A stretch of DNA of 64,000 nucleotides from Eledone cirrhosa. Taxonomy: Eukaryota. The notes beneath the pieces were generated by a model. It saw only the letters and a program-made list of their open reading frames with translations. It searched no databases and had not been told where the DNA came from. Location of the stretch: the NCBI GenBank assembly GCA_964016885.1, contig OZ024750.1, positions 35,092,001 to 35,156,000 of the forward strand, written 5' to 3'. Below are positions 11,559 to 24,799 of the stretch, piece after piece (within the stretch, counting starts at the first letter, position 1; each line of letters begins with the position of its first letter). The translations under genes and the position numbers were made by a program.

Positions 11559-11966
11559 ATAATTGTTTCTATTTTTGGTACAAGGCCAGCAATTACCCCA
11601 GAGTATTACTGGTGCTTTATTTTATCAACCCAGTAACGCTGAAAGGCAAAGTTAACCTCGGCGGAATTTGAACTCAGAGCGTAAAGGGCCATAACTCTAT
11701 GCTGCAAAGCATGATGTCTGACACTCTACCAATACTGCAAATCCACCGCCCCTGTTAATCCAATAATAATAATAATAATTGTTTCTACTTTTGGCTCAAG
11801 GCCAGCAAATACCCAGTGTATTACTGGTACTTTATTTTATCGACCCTGAAAGGATGAAAGGCAAAGTTAACCTCGGCGGGATTTGAACTCAGAATGGCAA
11901 GGGCCGTAACTCTATGCTGCAAAGCATGGCGTCTGACCCTCTACCAATACTGCCTATCCACCGCCC
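11559..11966 (-). mobile_element. Two head-to-tail M1 SINEs (11559-11752, 11774-11966)
   Basis: Two consecutive reverse-complement M1 copies separated by (AAT)n. Confidence 0.85.
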
Positions 11967-12094
11967 TATATATATTATCATTATAATATTAATAATATAA
12001 AAATTTTAAATTTAAAAAAATTTTAAATGTTTTTAAATATTTCCCTCAGATGTTATATATTTTCTCCATTTAATGATAATGTCAGATTAATGCT

Positions 12095-12585
12095 GGCTTT
12101 AAAGATTAATTGAAGCATTCAGCTTATATTTATTTTATAATGAGGATTAAGACACCATATATGGTGATATGCTGACATAGAAAAAGAACCTTCAATATTA
12201 ACCACCACCACCCCACTCCCCAAGTGAGACCAGCTAAGCTCATGGATGTTGTCAAACCATCTTGCTCAGTGTCTCCTCGCCAGTTGGTTTTGTCCGTAAA
12301 ATCTATCTAGCTATTCTTTCCTGAGACAGTCTAACCTCATGTCCATAGTATTGGAGCTGTGATCTCTCAATTCGGTGAAGTAGCAACTCTCTGATCTCCA
12401 AGCTACATACTCTATCGTGTAACATTACTCCAAAGACTCTTCAGAGGAACCCTATTTCAATTTTTTTCTTCGTATCAGAGCTGTGATCTCTCAATTTGGA
12501 GAAGTAGCAGCTCTACCTGGAGTGACTCATTGATCACCGAGCTATGCTCTCTATTGTGTAACATTACTCCAAAGACCCTTCTAAG
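12095..12585 (-). mobile_element. RTE-c LINE (Expander/Rex3-like) 3' fragment with 3' UTR
   Basis: EIGFL*RVFGVMLHDRVCSLEIRE..RIERSQLQYYGH..ARWFDNI. UTR 12095-12215 matches 18547-18830 in reverse. Confidence 0.75.
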
Positions 12586-12631
12586 AATTATAAAATAATA
12601 TTTAACTCAATTTAACCTTCTGCAGTTTACA

Positions 12632-12859
12632 TTAACCCTTTAGTATTCATATTACTCTATATATACTATTATATTTTCATGGTAAAGACTTTACCTCACA
12701 TAATTATCTTACATAATATCGAATCTATGAGATTTTGAAAGTATTTATTTTGAGAACAATACCTTAACATCAGTTTGAGCAACCAGTTACAGCCAGTTTC
12801 AACAGAAAAAGGTAGAGAATTCTGGCCGGTTTTGGCCGGTTTGAACATTAAAGGGTTAA
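12632..12859 (+). mobile_element. piggyBac-type MITE (family P1)
   Basis: TTAA|CCCTTTA ... TAAAGGG|TTAA. Further copies at about 15947, 35396, 42100, 55781, 56453 and 59246. Confidence 0.8.
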
Positions 12860-13247
12860 ATGACATATCATCATCTTGACAGATTTATTATCTCTTTTAT
12901 GGCATTCATTATATTGAAATATAAACCTTCTTAAATCACAATTTTTCAGCATGCTACATTTTCCCCTATCATAATTAGATAATTATTATGTTCATCAATC
13001 AGCATCATCATCCAGCAGCCTCAGCCGAAATCGATTCAACAATTGATTTTCATGTGGGTCTATTGTTCATTCCCGTTGCCAAGTCCTGGTTTTTCTATAG
13101 CAGAATCAGTTCCCGTATGAGCAAAACAAGGTCAGCCGGCCGGGCACTGCCCTCAACAGGACAACCCATCTAATCCATGCTAGCGTGGAAGAATGGACAT
13201 AAAACGGTGATGATTATGATGATGATGAATCTCTGGAGATAACATCA

Positions 13248-13460
13248 GGATAGGAGAGCTTGCGCCCCTTGTTATTAGTGACTGCTTGTGATTTCCAAAG
13301 CACTAATGGGGACACAGCCTCAGAGGTGGTACGATGGCTGTGACCAGCAAATCGGGATAGCAGAGCTTGCGCCCCTTGTTATTAGTGACTGCTTGTGATT
13401 TCCAAAGCACTAATGGGGACACAACCTCAGAGGTGATATAATAGCAGTGGCCAGCAAATC
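13248..13460. repeat. Tandem duplication, about 107-bp unit x2
   Basis: GAGCTTGCGCCCCTTGTTATTAGTGACTGCTTGTGATTTCCAAAGCAC occurs twice. Confidence 0.85.
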
Positions 13461-13758
13461 TTACCCAATAAGCATAAATAAAACTCTACTACAAATTAAA
13501 GGTAGACATGTTAAATTTATATTTTCTTCTCCCTTCTTGCCATTGTATCATTTTTTTGCTTTTTGTTTTGTGAGAATTTGAATTAATTTGGCTTATCAAA
13601 TAATCAGCCCAAATATATTCTTCTTCTCTTTAAATCCTTTCTATAATTACTTAGCTGATATTGATTCTTTTAGTCTGATTACAATCATGATGAATAATTC
13701 TTAGCAATATTCATCTGCTATTAGCATAAATATAATGTTACATATATCACCCATTTCT

Positions 13759-13760
<2 letters not shown>

Positions 13761-13857
<97 letters not shown>

Positions 13858-13999
13858 TATATGCATATATATATATACATATGTATACATATATATATGC
13901 ATAGATATATATACATATGTATATATATATATATATATATTCATATATATATATATATATATACATATATATACATATACATATACATATATATATATT

Positions 14000-14033
<34 letters not shown>

Positions 14034-14041
14034 CATATGTA

Positions 14042-14075
<34 letters not shown>

Positions 14076-14099
14076 CATACATATGTATATATACATATT

Positions 14100-14133
<34 letters not shown>

Positions 14134-14198
14134 CATATGTATATATACATATATATATGCATATATATATATACATATGTATACATATATATATATGC

Positions 14199-14230
<32 letters not shown>

Positions 14231-14508
14231 GCATATATATATATACATATGTATACATATATATATATGCATATATATATATATGTATATATATATGCAT
14301 ATATATATATACATATGTATACATATATATGCATATATATATATATATGTATATATATATACACACACACACATATATATATATACATATATATATACAT
14401 ATATATTTATATATATATATATATATATACATATATATACATATACATACATATATATACATATATATATATACATACACACATACACACACATATATAT
14501 ATATATAT
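13761..14508. repeat. Compound (TA)n/(CATA)n microsatellite
   Basis: Directly visible. Confidence 0.95.
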
Positions 14509-15207
14509 TTCATGTTCATTAGATTTTTTAATTCATTTTCTGTGTAATAGCAATTAAGATGTTGTTGCTGTTGTTGTAGTGACAGCAGTAAGAGTTGTTT
14601 ATCTTACAATCACCATATTATCCACCTCATCCTCATCAGTACATTATATATTATTTTTTTCCTCAATCTCTTTGTCACCAACATCGTTATACTTATCATT
14701 CACTATATGTCTTTCTTTGTTTCTTTTGATGAGTTTTATTTATTTTTTTTTCTTCTTCTTCCCCTGTTGTTATGGAAACAAATTTGTTATAGAAATACAA
14801 TTTCCAAATAAAGAGAATTTATTTTGAGTGCATCAGACAGAAAACATGAAGAATGATCTAGTTTGAAATCAATATATCCCCAAACTTAATTCTCTGTCAA
14901 GTTATTTTAGAGTTTGATGAAATCTTTCTAAATCACAATTATTTTTAGCTTTTTATTATCAAGCTTGTCTGTATTTTTATAATGTATAATATGATGAAAT
15001 AAATATTGTAAATTTAAATGATTTTTTTTCAAAATTGGTCAACTTAAAAAAATTGTATTATAAAGCCACTGAGTTATAAATTAATTTAAAAGTTGAAATT
15101 CTTCTTTAACATCTACTTATTTCAACTAACCAAAGTAGACAGTACTTTTTAGGATGGTTAATATTGGAAAAGGCATCCAGCTTTATCTCCAAGTATTCTT
15201 ACAGTTA

Positions 15208-15560
15208 AGGTGCCAAATTGGCAGAGTCATGAAAATGTCAGATAGAATGTTTTGCAGCATTTGTTCCGTCTCTTTGCACTCTGAATTCGAATTGTGCTGC
15301 GGTTAACATTGCTTTTCATCCATTCGTGATTGATAAAAAAAGTATCAGTGTAGTACTGGGGTCGATTTCTCCTCTATATCTCTTTTTGACTTCTATTCTC
15401 TTACTCTTTATCCTTCTCTGGAAGAAATCGGCTGTATTCAGACCTGGAGAGCAGATGGGCTCCACCAGGTGGAAAAAAGGAGAAAAAGTGCCCTAGAAAT
15501 GCTGCATGTCAATAAGGCACCCCAATGACTTCTTCAGGAGTTACAGGATCATGCATATAT
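15208..15560 (+). mobile_element. M2 SINE, diverged
   Basis: TTGGCAGAGTC head, GCTTTTCATCC..GATAAAAAAAGTATCAG, CTGGAAGAAATC tail. Confidence 0.7.
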
Positions 15561-16914
15561 GCATTCTTACAAGTGAATCTAATTCCAACATTTTTCAAGC
15601 TGTTTTAGCAGACAAATATATATGATGTTAAACATTAGAAACAAAATCTATATTTAATTATTATAGCATATGATAGTGTTGGGAAATATTTTTGTTATCA
15701 AGGATTAATTTCAAATGCACAAGAACATGTAGAGATATATCTATGCTGAGAAAAATAAGAAGTGATTTATAAGTTTGTAGTTGTGTAGCATATATTTAAT
15801 TACTGTTTTAGTCTTAAGGCTTCAACAATTTTTGTTATTTTTTGTTCATGAATGTGTTTGTTTAGAGATTTCATCATTGGGTAGTATTAAATTGGAATGC
15901 AAGCAAAAGTTTGCTCACAAGTAAGTAGTTTTTCATTGCTGGCTTATCCCTTTAGCACTTACATTACTATATATATATATCATTATATTTTCATGGTAAA
16001 GGCTTTACCTCACTTAAATATCTCACATAATATTGAATCTATGAGATTTTGATAATATTTATTTTGAGAACAATACCTTAACATCAGGCTGAGTGGCCAG
16101 TTACAACCGGTTTGAACAGAAAGAGGTGTGAGAATTCTGGCCAGATACAGCCGGTTTAAAAATATTTTTATGTTATCATTAATTCCTCATAAATTACACT
16201 CTTATATAATTCTATCCTCATAAGCCACACTCCAATATAGTTCTGTCCTCATAAGTTACACTCTTGTCAGATGACAAAGTTTTAATAGCTTATGTGACAT
16301 AAAATTCCTTCTACATCAGTTTATCAAATCCATTCATTTTAATGTCAGAAGCTTTTGTTGAAATCTTCTTGGTCACTGTTTCTATCGATTGTGAAAGGCA
16401 ATAAAATTTTGAATATTTATTCATTAAATTCAATGGAAATTCTGAAAATAATTTGTATATATTTATGATGTCTGACGTTTGAGATGGATGACTCATAGGC
16501 AATAGATAAATGAAGTGAAACAGTTACTTCTAGAAATTGTAAATATATTCAGTAATTCAATACCTCAAGAACTTAATGATGACTGATAATAAATGCTAAA
16601 ATTCATATTGCATGATACTATGATGGCCTTGGGTCTTAACCATCTGAGTTAAAGTCAAAGGTGCAAACTGATTGTGCTGAAAAACAAAAACAGATTCAAA
16701 TTAATTAATTTTCTGAATAACATTTTCTGTTTTATTTGAAAATTTACTGCCTATAAATAAATATGTTAGTGCACAGTTAGAAGCAAAAACAAATTAGAGA
16801 TTGGTATTTTAGATTAGCTAAAGGTCAAGGGATATTTTGTACTTTAATAAGATCACTTAACTATGTTACTAAGTAAATCCTGATAAACTAATTGTGACAT
16901 TTGATCTAAAGCTA

Positions 16915-17580
16915 TCTAATTTATTGTGATATATGATCACAGATGTAAAGATAGCCAATCTCTTGTGATATATAACAACAGATGTAAAGCTAGTTAATCT
17001 GTTGTGATATATAACAGATGTAAAACTAGTTAATCTGTTGTGATATATACCAGATGTAAAACTAGTTAATATGTTGTGATAAATATCAGAAGTAAAACTA
17101 GTTAATCTGTTGTGATATATGACAACAGATGTAAAACTATTTAATCTGTTGTGATATATAATAGATGTAAAACTAGTTAATTTGTTGTGATATATACCAG
17201 ATGTAAAACTAGTTAATCTCTTGTGATATATAACATGTAAAACTAGTTAATCTGTTGTGATATATAACAACAGATGTAAAACTAGTTAATCTGTTGTGAT
17301 ATATAACAACAGATGTAAAACTAGTTAATCTGTTGTGATATATACCAGATGTAAAACTAGTTAATCTGTTGTGATATATACCAGATGTAAAGCTAATTAA
17401 TCTGTTGTGATATATTGCAGATGTAAAACGAGTTAATTTGTTGTCATATATACCAGATGTAAAGCTAGTTAATCTGTTGTGATATATAACAACAGATGTA
17501 AAACTAGCTAATCTGTTGTGATATATGACAGATGTAAAGCTAATTAATCCATTGTGATATAACATAACAGATGTAAAACT
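16915..17580. repeat. Minisatellite, 39-43-bp unit, about 16 copies
   Basis: CAGATGTAAAACTAGTTAATCTGTTGTGATATATA(AC) repeated. Confidence 0.92.
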
Positions 17581-17636
17581 TCAGTGTGGGAGTTGGACTC
17601 AGCCAAGGGTACATACTGTCACCTCTCCTATTCATC

Positions 17637-17815
17637 GGATTGGCAGTTCAGTAGAGGGTTGGACACCATGCATAGAGTTATGCCTCTTTACAGACTGAGT
17701 TCAAATGACGCCAAGGTTAACTTTGCCTTTCATCCTTACGGGGGGTCGATAAAATAAAGTACCAGTAATGCACTGGGGTAATTGCTGGCCTTGCACCAAA
17801 AATAGAAACAATTAT
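17637..17815 (+). mobile_element. M1 SINE
   Basis: Matches the M1 consensus. Confidence 0.8.
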
Positions 17816-17819
17816 TAAT

Positions 17820-18830
17820 ATGAACAGGAAGTGGTATCATCACTGGCACATGTAAAATCAGTCAACTGGAATTTTGCACACGAGATGGTGTTATACAACT
17901 TGACAGAAGATGATCTCTGACTTGAAATTGATAGGTTTGATGGTGAGCGCTGCATGGCTGGAATGAAAATCAGTGCTATGAAAACTGAGACACTTGTCCT
18001 CTCAAGGAAGTCTGCAAAGTGCACCCTACATGTGAATGGAGTTCCACTGAAGCAAGGAGAGAAGTTTCAGGGTTTTATTCACAAGTCATGGAAGGCAGGG
18101 GGGATGAATTAAGTGTAAGAATTGCAAAAGCTGGTGTAGTAATGTGCCAGCTTCAGTATTCAGTAACCAGAAGAAGTGGGGTAGGCATAAAAGCCAAACT
18201 CACTATCTTCAATTCAGTTTTCATGCCATTCCTTACCTGTGATCATGAATCTAAGATAATGACTGAAAGAATAAGATCACGAATACAAGCAGCTGAAATG
18301 GGATTCTTCTGAAGGGTCTTTGGAGTAATGTTACTTGATAAAGTATGTAACTTGGAGATCAGAGAGTGATTCCAGGTAGAGCTGCTACTTCTCTGAATTG
18401 AGAGATCCCAGCTCTGATACTATGGGCATGTGGTTAGAATGTCTCAGGAAAGAATCGCTGGACAGATTTTACAGGCAAAACCAACTGGGGGTAGGCCCCG
18501 AGCAAGATGGTTTGACAACTTGGTTTGACTGGTCTTGCTTGGGGAGGGGGTGGTTAATGTTGAAGGTTCCTTTTTCTATGTCAGCATATCCAGGGCCGTC
18601 TTAACAGCATTATAGGCTCCCGGGCAAAGCAGAGCACTGGGGCCCCTACCTACACAACCATTCACAGGAATAAAAATACAAATGGACCCCCTATCCTCGT
18701 GGGGTCCCTGGGTAACTGCCCAGCATGCCCATGCATTAAGACGGCCCTGAGCATATCACAATATATGGTATCTTAATCCTCATTAGAAAATAAATATAAG
18801 CTGAATGCTTTAATTAATCTTAAAAGTTAA
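17820..18830 (+). mobile_element. RTE-c LINE (Expander/Rex3-like), decayed RT C-terminus plus 3' UTR
   Basis: GMKISAMKTETLVL..RIAKAGVVM..KAKLTIFNSVFMP..TERIRSRIQAAEMGF..IERSQL*YYGHVVRM..GRPRARWFD, with stops and frameshifts. Confidence 0.85.
18591..18749. mobile_element. hAT-type MITE
   Basis: Perfect 14-bp TIR CAGGGCCGTCTTAA and perfect 8-bp TSD AGCATATC (18583-18590, 18750-18757). The empty site is visible in the paralogue at about 12165-12180. Confidence 0.92.
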
Positions 18831-19597
18831 CCTTGGCAGGATTTGAATCCATAACTATGTGCCACAAAGCATGTAGTGTGACGCTCTACTGATTACTGCC
18901 AATCCACCTCCTTATAGGACAAATAATTGTTTCTACGTTAGGCACAAGGTCAGCAATTACCCAGTGTATTACTGGTACTTTATTTTATCGACCCCGTAAG
19001 GATGAAAGGCAAAGTTAACCTCGGCGGGATAATGATTCTAATAAGAACAAGGTCCCAAATTTGTTGGGAGAACTTAGTCAATTATATCAACCTTGAGTAT
19101 TTGGGAGGAGGAGGGTCCAATCTATTGATATCAAAAGGGTTAATTATTAGCTAATTAATCTTGGTGACAAATTTTAATTAAATTATATAATGTTTATAAT
19201 AAAGAAAAACAAAAAGGAAAGAAAAAAAATTAAATAGCATAAAATAAGATGAATGGGAGAAGGAGTGACATATTTTATTTACCCCTTTCCCTGTTTAAGC
19301 AGTATGTCACAGCTGCACCCTGGGGATGGTGAAGGTGTTGCCATGGAGAACATTCAACACCACCTGCTACATCAGTTTCTCCTATTCTTTATTGGAATAA
19401 ACTAATAATGATAATAATTGTTTCTACTTTTGGCACAAGGCCAGCAATTACCTAGTGCATTACTGGTACTTTATTTTATCGACACCGTAAGGATGAAAGG
19501 CAAAGTTAACCTCGGCGGGATTTGAACTCAGAATGGCAAGGGCCGTAACTCTATACGTCAAAGCATGGCGTCCGACCCTCTACCTATACTGCCAATA
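18825..19597 (-). mobile_element. M1 SINE copies (partials 18825-18910, 18924-19030; near-full 19415-19597)
   Basis: Reverse-complement M1 segments with unique DNA between them. Confidence 0.7.
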
Positions 19598-21753
19598 ATA
19601 AAGATTTCTACTATAGGCAGGAGACCAGCAATTTGGGAGATGGGGGAAAGTTGATTAAATTGACCCCAGTGTATTACTGGTACTCTAATAATGATTTCTA
19701 CTATAGGCACAAGACCAGCAATTTGGGAGATGGGGCAAAGTTGATTAAATTGACTCCAGTGTATTACTGGTACTTTAATAATGATTTCTACTATAGGCAC
19801 AAGACCAGCAATTTGGGGAGAGGGGAAAGTCGATTAAATCAACGCCCAGTGTATTACTGGTACTTTAATAAAGATTTCTACTATAGGCACAAGACCAGCA
19901 ATTTGGGAGATGGGGCAAAGTTGATTAAATTGACCGGGTGTATTACTGGTACTTTAATAAAGATTTCTACTATAGGCACAAGGCCAGCAATTTGGGAGAT
20001 GGGGCAAAGTTGATTAAATTGACTCCAGTGTATTACTGGTACTTTAATAATGATTTCTACTATAGGCACAAGACCAGCAATTTGGGGAGAGGGGAAAGTC
20101 GATTAAATCAACGTCCAGTGTATTACTGGTACTTTAATAATGATTTCTACTATAGGCACAAGACCAGCAATTTGGGAGATGGGGGAAAGTTGATTAAATT
20201 GACTCCAGTGTATTACTGGTATTTTAATAAAGATTTCTACTATAGGCACAAGACCAGCAATTTGGGGAGAGGGGAAAGTCGATTAAATCAATGCCCAGTG
20301 TATTACTGGTACTTTAATAAAGATTTCTACTATAGGCACAAGGCCAGCAATTTGGGAGATGGGGCAAAGTTGATTAAATTGACCCCAGTGTATTACTGGT
20401 ACTTTAATAATGATTTCTACTATAGGCACAAGACCAGCAATTTGGGGAGAGGGGAAAGTCGATTAAATCAACGTCCAGTGTATTACTGGTACTTTAATAA
20501 TGATTTCTACTATAGGCACAAGACCAGCAATTTGGGAGATGGGGGAAAGTTGATTAAATTGACTCCAATGTATTACTGGTATTTTAACAAAGATTTCTAC
20601 TATAGGCACAAGACCAGCAATTTGGGGAGAGGGGAAAGTCGATTAAATCAACGCCCAGTGTATTACTGGTACTTTAATAAAGATTTCTACTATAGGCACA
20701 AGACCAGCAATTTGGGAGATGGAGCAAAGTTGATTAAATTGACTCCAGTGTATTACTGGTATTTTAATAAAGATTTCTACTATAGGCACAAGACCAGCAA
20801 TTTGGGAGATGGAGGAAAGTTGATTAAATTGACCCCAGTGTATTACTGGTACTTTAATAAAGATTTCTACTATAGGCACAAGGCCAGCAATTTGGGAGAT
20901 GGGGCAAAGTTGATTAAATTGACCCCAGTGTATTACTGGAACTTTAATAATGATTTCTACTATAGGCACAAGACCAGCAATTTGGGGAGAGGGGAAAGTC
21001 GATTAAATCAACGTCCAGTGTATTACTGGTACTTTAATAATGATTTCTACTATAGGCACAAGACCAGCAATTTGGGAGATGGGGGAAAGTTGATTAAATT
21101 GACTCCAGTGTATTACTGGTATTTTAATAAAGATTTCTACTATAGGCACAAGACCAGCAATTTGGGGAGAGGGGAAAGTCGATTAAATCAACGCCCAGTG
21201 TATTACTGGTACTTTAATAAAGATTTCTACTATAGGCACAAGGCCAGCAATTTGGGAGATGGGGCAAAGTTGATTAAATTGACCCCAGTGTATTACTGGT
21301 ACTTTAATAATGATTTCTACTATAGGCACAAGACCAGCAATTTAGGGAGAGGGGAAAGTCGATTAAATCAACGTCCAGTGTATTACTGGTACTTTAATAA
21401 TGATTTCTTCTATAGGCACAAGACCAGCAATTTGGGAGATGGGGCAAAGTTGATTAAATTGACTGCAGTGTATTACTGGTATTTTAATAAAGATTTCTAC
21501 TATAGGCACAAGACCAGCAATTTGGGAGATGGAGGAAAGTTGATTAAATTGACCCCAGTGTATTACTGGTACTTTAATAATGATTTCTACTATAGGCACA
21601 AGACCAGCAATTTGGGAGATGGGGGAAAGTTGATTAAATTGACCCCAGTGTATTACTGGTACTTTAATAATGATTTCTACTATAGGCACAAGACCAGCAA
21701 TTTGGGAGATGGGGGAAAGTTGATTAAATTGACCCCAGTGTATTACTGGTACT
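19597..21753 (-). repeat. SINE-tail-derived satellite, 24 x 90 bp with higher-order structure
   Basis: CTATAGG recurs at 19611, 19701, 19791, 19881, 19970 ... 21680. The unit corresponds to the 3' end of the long M1 variant (compare 2298-2385 and 34060-34155). Confidence 0.95.
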
Positions 21754-22050
21754 ATATTTTACAGACCACTTAAGGATGAAAGGCAAAGCTGACCTCTGCA
21801 GGATTTGAACCCAGAATGTAAAGGAACGAAACTATACCACAAAGGATATTGTCCAACGCTCTACCAATTACTGCCAATAATTGTTTCTACTTTAGGCACA
21901 AGGCCAGCAATTACCCAGTGCATTACTGGTACTTTATTTTATCGACCCCGTAAGGATGAAAGGCAAAGTCAACCTCGGCGGGATTTGAACTCAGATCGTA
22001 AAGGGCCGTAACTCTATGCTGCAAAGCATGGCGTCCAACCCTCTACCAAT
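21753..22050 (-). mobile_element. Two M1 SINEs; the inner one (head at about 21876) runs directly into the array
   Basis: Minus strand TGGCAGTAATTGG (A-box-like) and GGTTCAAATCC (B box). A second copy lies at 21878-22050. Confidence 0.85.
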
Positions 22051-22973
22051 AATAATAGTAATGATCTAAATCCTATATGTAACATATGTTTTCATTGAAC
22101 TTCCTCTTTAGGTTTTAACATGTTTAGTTTCTAAAAAGCTAGAAATAATTTGGCTAGACAAACCATGCAGTTTTATATACTGAAGTGAAATTAATTTCTC
22201 TCCAGATTAAAATCTGTTTATGAAAGAAAACGTGTGACATATCTGTTGAATCAACTTTCTGTAATGAAATGTCTGAACAACTAAGACATCTTTGATTTAA
22301 TGCTTGCTTTACTTAAAGCTTCCTTCCCATCATTGAAATCTATCCATTACTACTGTAAGACATGTATAGAAAATCCTATTTTTGTTTTAAAAGTAACCTG
22401 CAACTATTTCAAGTAGCATGATTTAATCTTGTATGTCTGTTCTAACAAAGAACTGTAGGCTTTTTGCCTCCTTTTTATGGGCGGAAAAACAAAACCAAAA
22501 AAAACCCAAATAAAAACAAAAAAATAAATGCAGAAAAATATAAATAAATAAAAAAAAAATCTTTCAGTAATAAGGTCTGTATAGCTGAAGTTGCAGTTAT
22601 AAATATCTAGTTACAACTTAAGTGGATGTCTCTCAAAAATGCCAAAATATCAAGACTACACAGTTAAATACAAAATATATCAACTCAAAGAAATGTTTTT
22701 TAACAAGTTTATATAGAATTGCAAATATAAATAAATTTTTAAAATGTTTCAGAAATGAAATACTTTCCTAAAAATTCCCCTCTCAGACATAAGTCTTAAA
22801 TAATTGTGAATAAGTTAATGGATTAATTGGTAGATAATTAAAAATGTAACATATTTTAATCTATTAAGAAAAAAATGATTCACAAAGTTTAAAGCACAAA
22901 GAAAACTATTTATGTTTATTGCTTGTGAAATTAATTATATGATCCGATAAAAATATTACAATCATATGCATAT

Positions 22974-22974
<1 letters not shown>

Positions 22975-23006
<32 letters not shown>

Positions 23007-23153
23007 GTTTAACGTCTATCTTCCACGCTAGCATGGGTTTAGACGGCAATTGTCCTACTTGAGGCAAGATTGGTCGGGTGACCATATCTCGCTCGTATAG
23101 GACTATCTGGCAGGTTTTCTACGGCTGGATGCCCTTCCTAACACCAACCACGT
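22975..23153 (-). mobile_element. RTE-b 3' tail fragment
   Basis: (CAT)n CGTTTAACGTC..GGCTGGATGCCCTTCCTAACACCAACCAC. Confidence 0.75.
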
Positions 23154-23169
23154 TGTGTGTGTGTGAGTT

Positions 23170-23508
23170 CTGGGTTCAATCGAGGGTAACCACAGAAAGT
23201 AAAGTACTCAGTACATTAGTAGAGTATAAATATCATGTTTAATATAGGGAAGCCCTGATGATTTCTTTTGAATGAAACAGTTCTAGTCCTGTTCAAGCCA
23301 TTTCTATATTAAACATGATATATATATATATATATATATAACGAAGGAAGTGTGGTAATGAACCAAGTCGACCATAACGTACCAGAGTACTCGATACTTT
23401 GGGTAGTAGAGTGGGTAATAGGAAAAGGTTGGTTCAGGACCCCGACTGCAGAGCTCAAGCCGTTTCGACGGCTATTTCTGGACTCTTCAGTCCAGAAATA
23501 GCCGTCAA
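23170..23508. mobile_element. Two Penelope-like pLTR relics either side of (TA)n, each with hammerhead remnants
   Basis: An 18-bp inverted repeat (23230-23247 / 23304-23321) encloses CTGATGA-TTTC-TTTT-GAAT-GAAA-CAG..CTG-TT. Segment 23340-23508 is paralogous to 5476-5630. Confidence 0.5.
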
Positions 23509-24799
23509 AATCTTAATAAATTCCTAAATTCTTCATTCTTTTCTAAACTATTTGGAAATCATAGGCAATGTTTTTAATTCAAATATAGTTTGAAAAGAGT
23601 TAAGTAAATTCCTTAAAAATTTTTTTTATCTAAAAATCTTTTTTTTTCAAAAATAATTTTTTTCTGTAGATACACATTAGTTAAGGGCTAAAATACTTGC
23701 TTAAAGGGTTTTTTCTTCTTCTCTGAAGACATTCTGCTGTTGAGCTCTCCTGAGAGTTTCTTACCACCACTTAAAATAATGTTTAGAAAAAAAAACAACA
23801 AAGTTATCTATTTAATAAATGAACAGTGGTTATGAACTTTTTTCAGGTGATCTGTGACAAGTAGAAGAAAGGGAGAATGAAATCATAACTTCAGTGTTAT
23901 CCATAAACTGGAGAACTACTGTGGGTGCTGGCAATAGAGCAGACTATTAAAAGCCCAGGTGATGTTTATAAGCCATATATAGCACAGTAACATCATATCA
24001 AATAGTAAAGTTCATGATATCAAATTTACACTCTCCACTGCACATTCCTTTATTTAATTTTTTAAGCGGTTTGTAATTTGGAGTTCTCTCCCTTGTTTTT
24101 GTTGGCAAGCATTGTCATTAACACTAATGACTTTTTTTTATTCCTCTTGTAAAAATTTCATTAGATTTATTTATGCTATATTGCTATATCATCACATATA
24201 TTTAACTATGAGGTATGTGAAACTTTGTTCATAACTAGCTTGCTTCCAAACTATTTTCTACTGTTAATTAATTAAAATGTTTTGGCTTACTACATCACAT
24301 ATACTAGCATTCACTTTACTATTTCGTTTTCTTGTAGCAGGTGTCTGTAATTTTATTTGATAATTTTTTAAAGATATATGTCAGTCAGTGTTCATTACTA
24401 TAAAACCTATGTCTCCCTAGTCATATGAAATTACACTTCACTGATGAGATCTAATAAGACTGAAATAAGTTTTGAGATGTCACCATACTGTTTAAGATTA
24501 AACTCACCCACTCATAGCATTCCATATTTAATTAATTCCAACCAATTAAAATTTGTTGGTTGTCATCTCATGCCTCTTGTACTTTATCATTATTTTAAAA
24601 ATAAAATTAGATAATGATTATTCTCATTAAGGTTTGATTTAAAATTCATTAAAATTTTGTTGGCTTTCTACACCGTGTTTATGGATGACCATCAACCCAT
24701 TATCTTCTATTGTCCAACACTTGATTGCAGGAAAACAAACATTAAATGATGAAGGTGCTGATGATGAGGGTGATGAGGGTGGTGAGGATGTTTAAAAAT

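Noticed and set aside
16576-16647. C/D snoRNA-like ATGATGA...CTGA
   Set aside because: Only a 3-bp terminal stem, no rRNA or snRNA guide that I can recognise, and such boxes are common in AT-rich DNA.
19597-21753. CRISPR-like array (constant part plus variable part)
   Set aside because: The variable parts are only three related variants, not unique spacers. The unit derives from a SINE, there are no cas genes, and the context is eukaryotic.
19938-21773. 611-aa ORF
   Set aside because: Artefact of a stop-free 90-bp unit. It has a GTG start, the frame is broken by a 1-bp deletion near 19935, and it is antisense to the SINE tail.
23838-23963. Acceptor TTTTTTCAG followed by a possible exon
   Set aside because: Stops in all three frames within 20 nt and a weak donor; only a non-coding exon remains possible.
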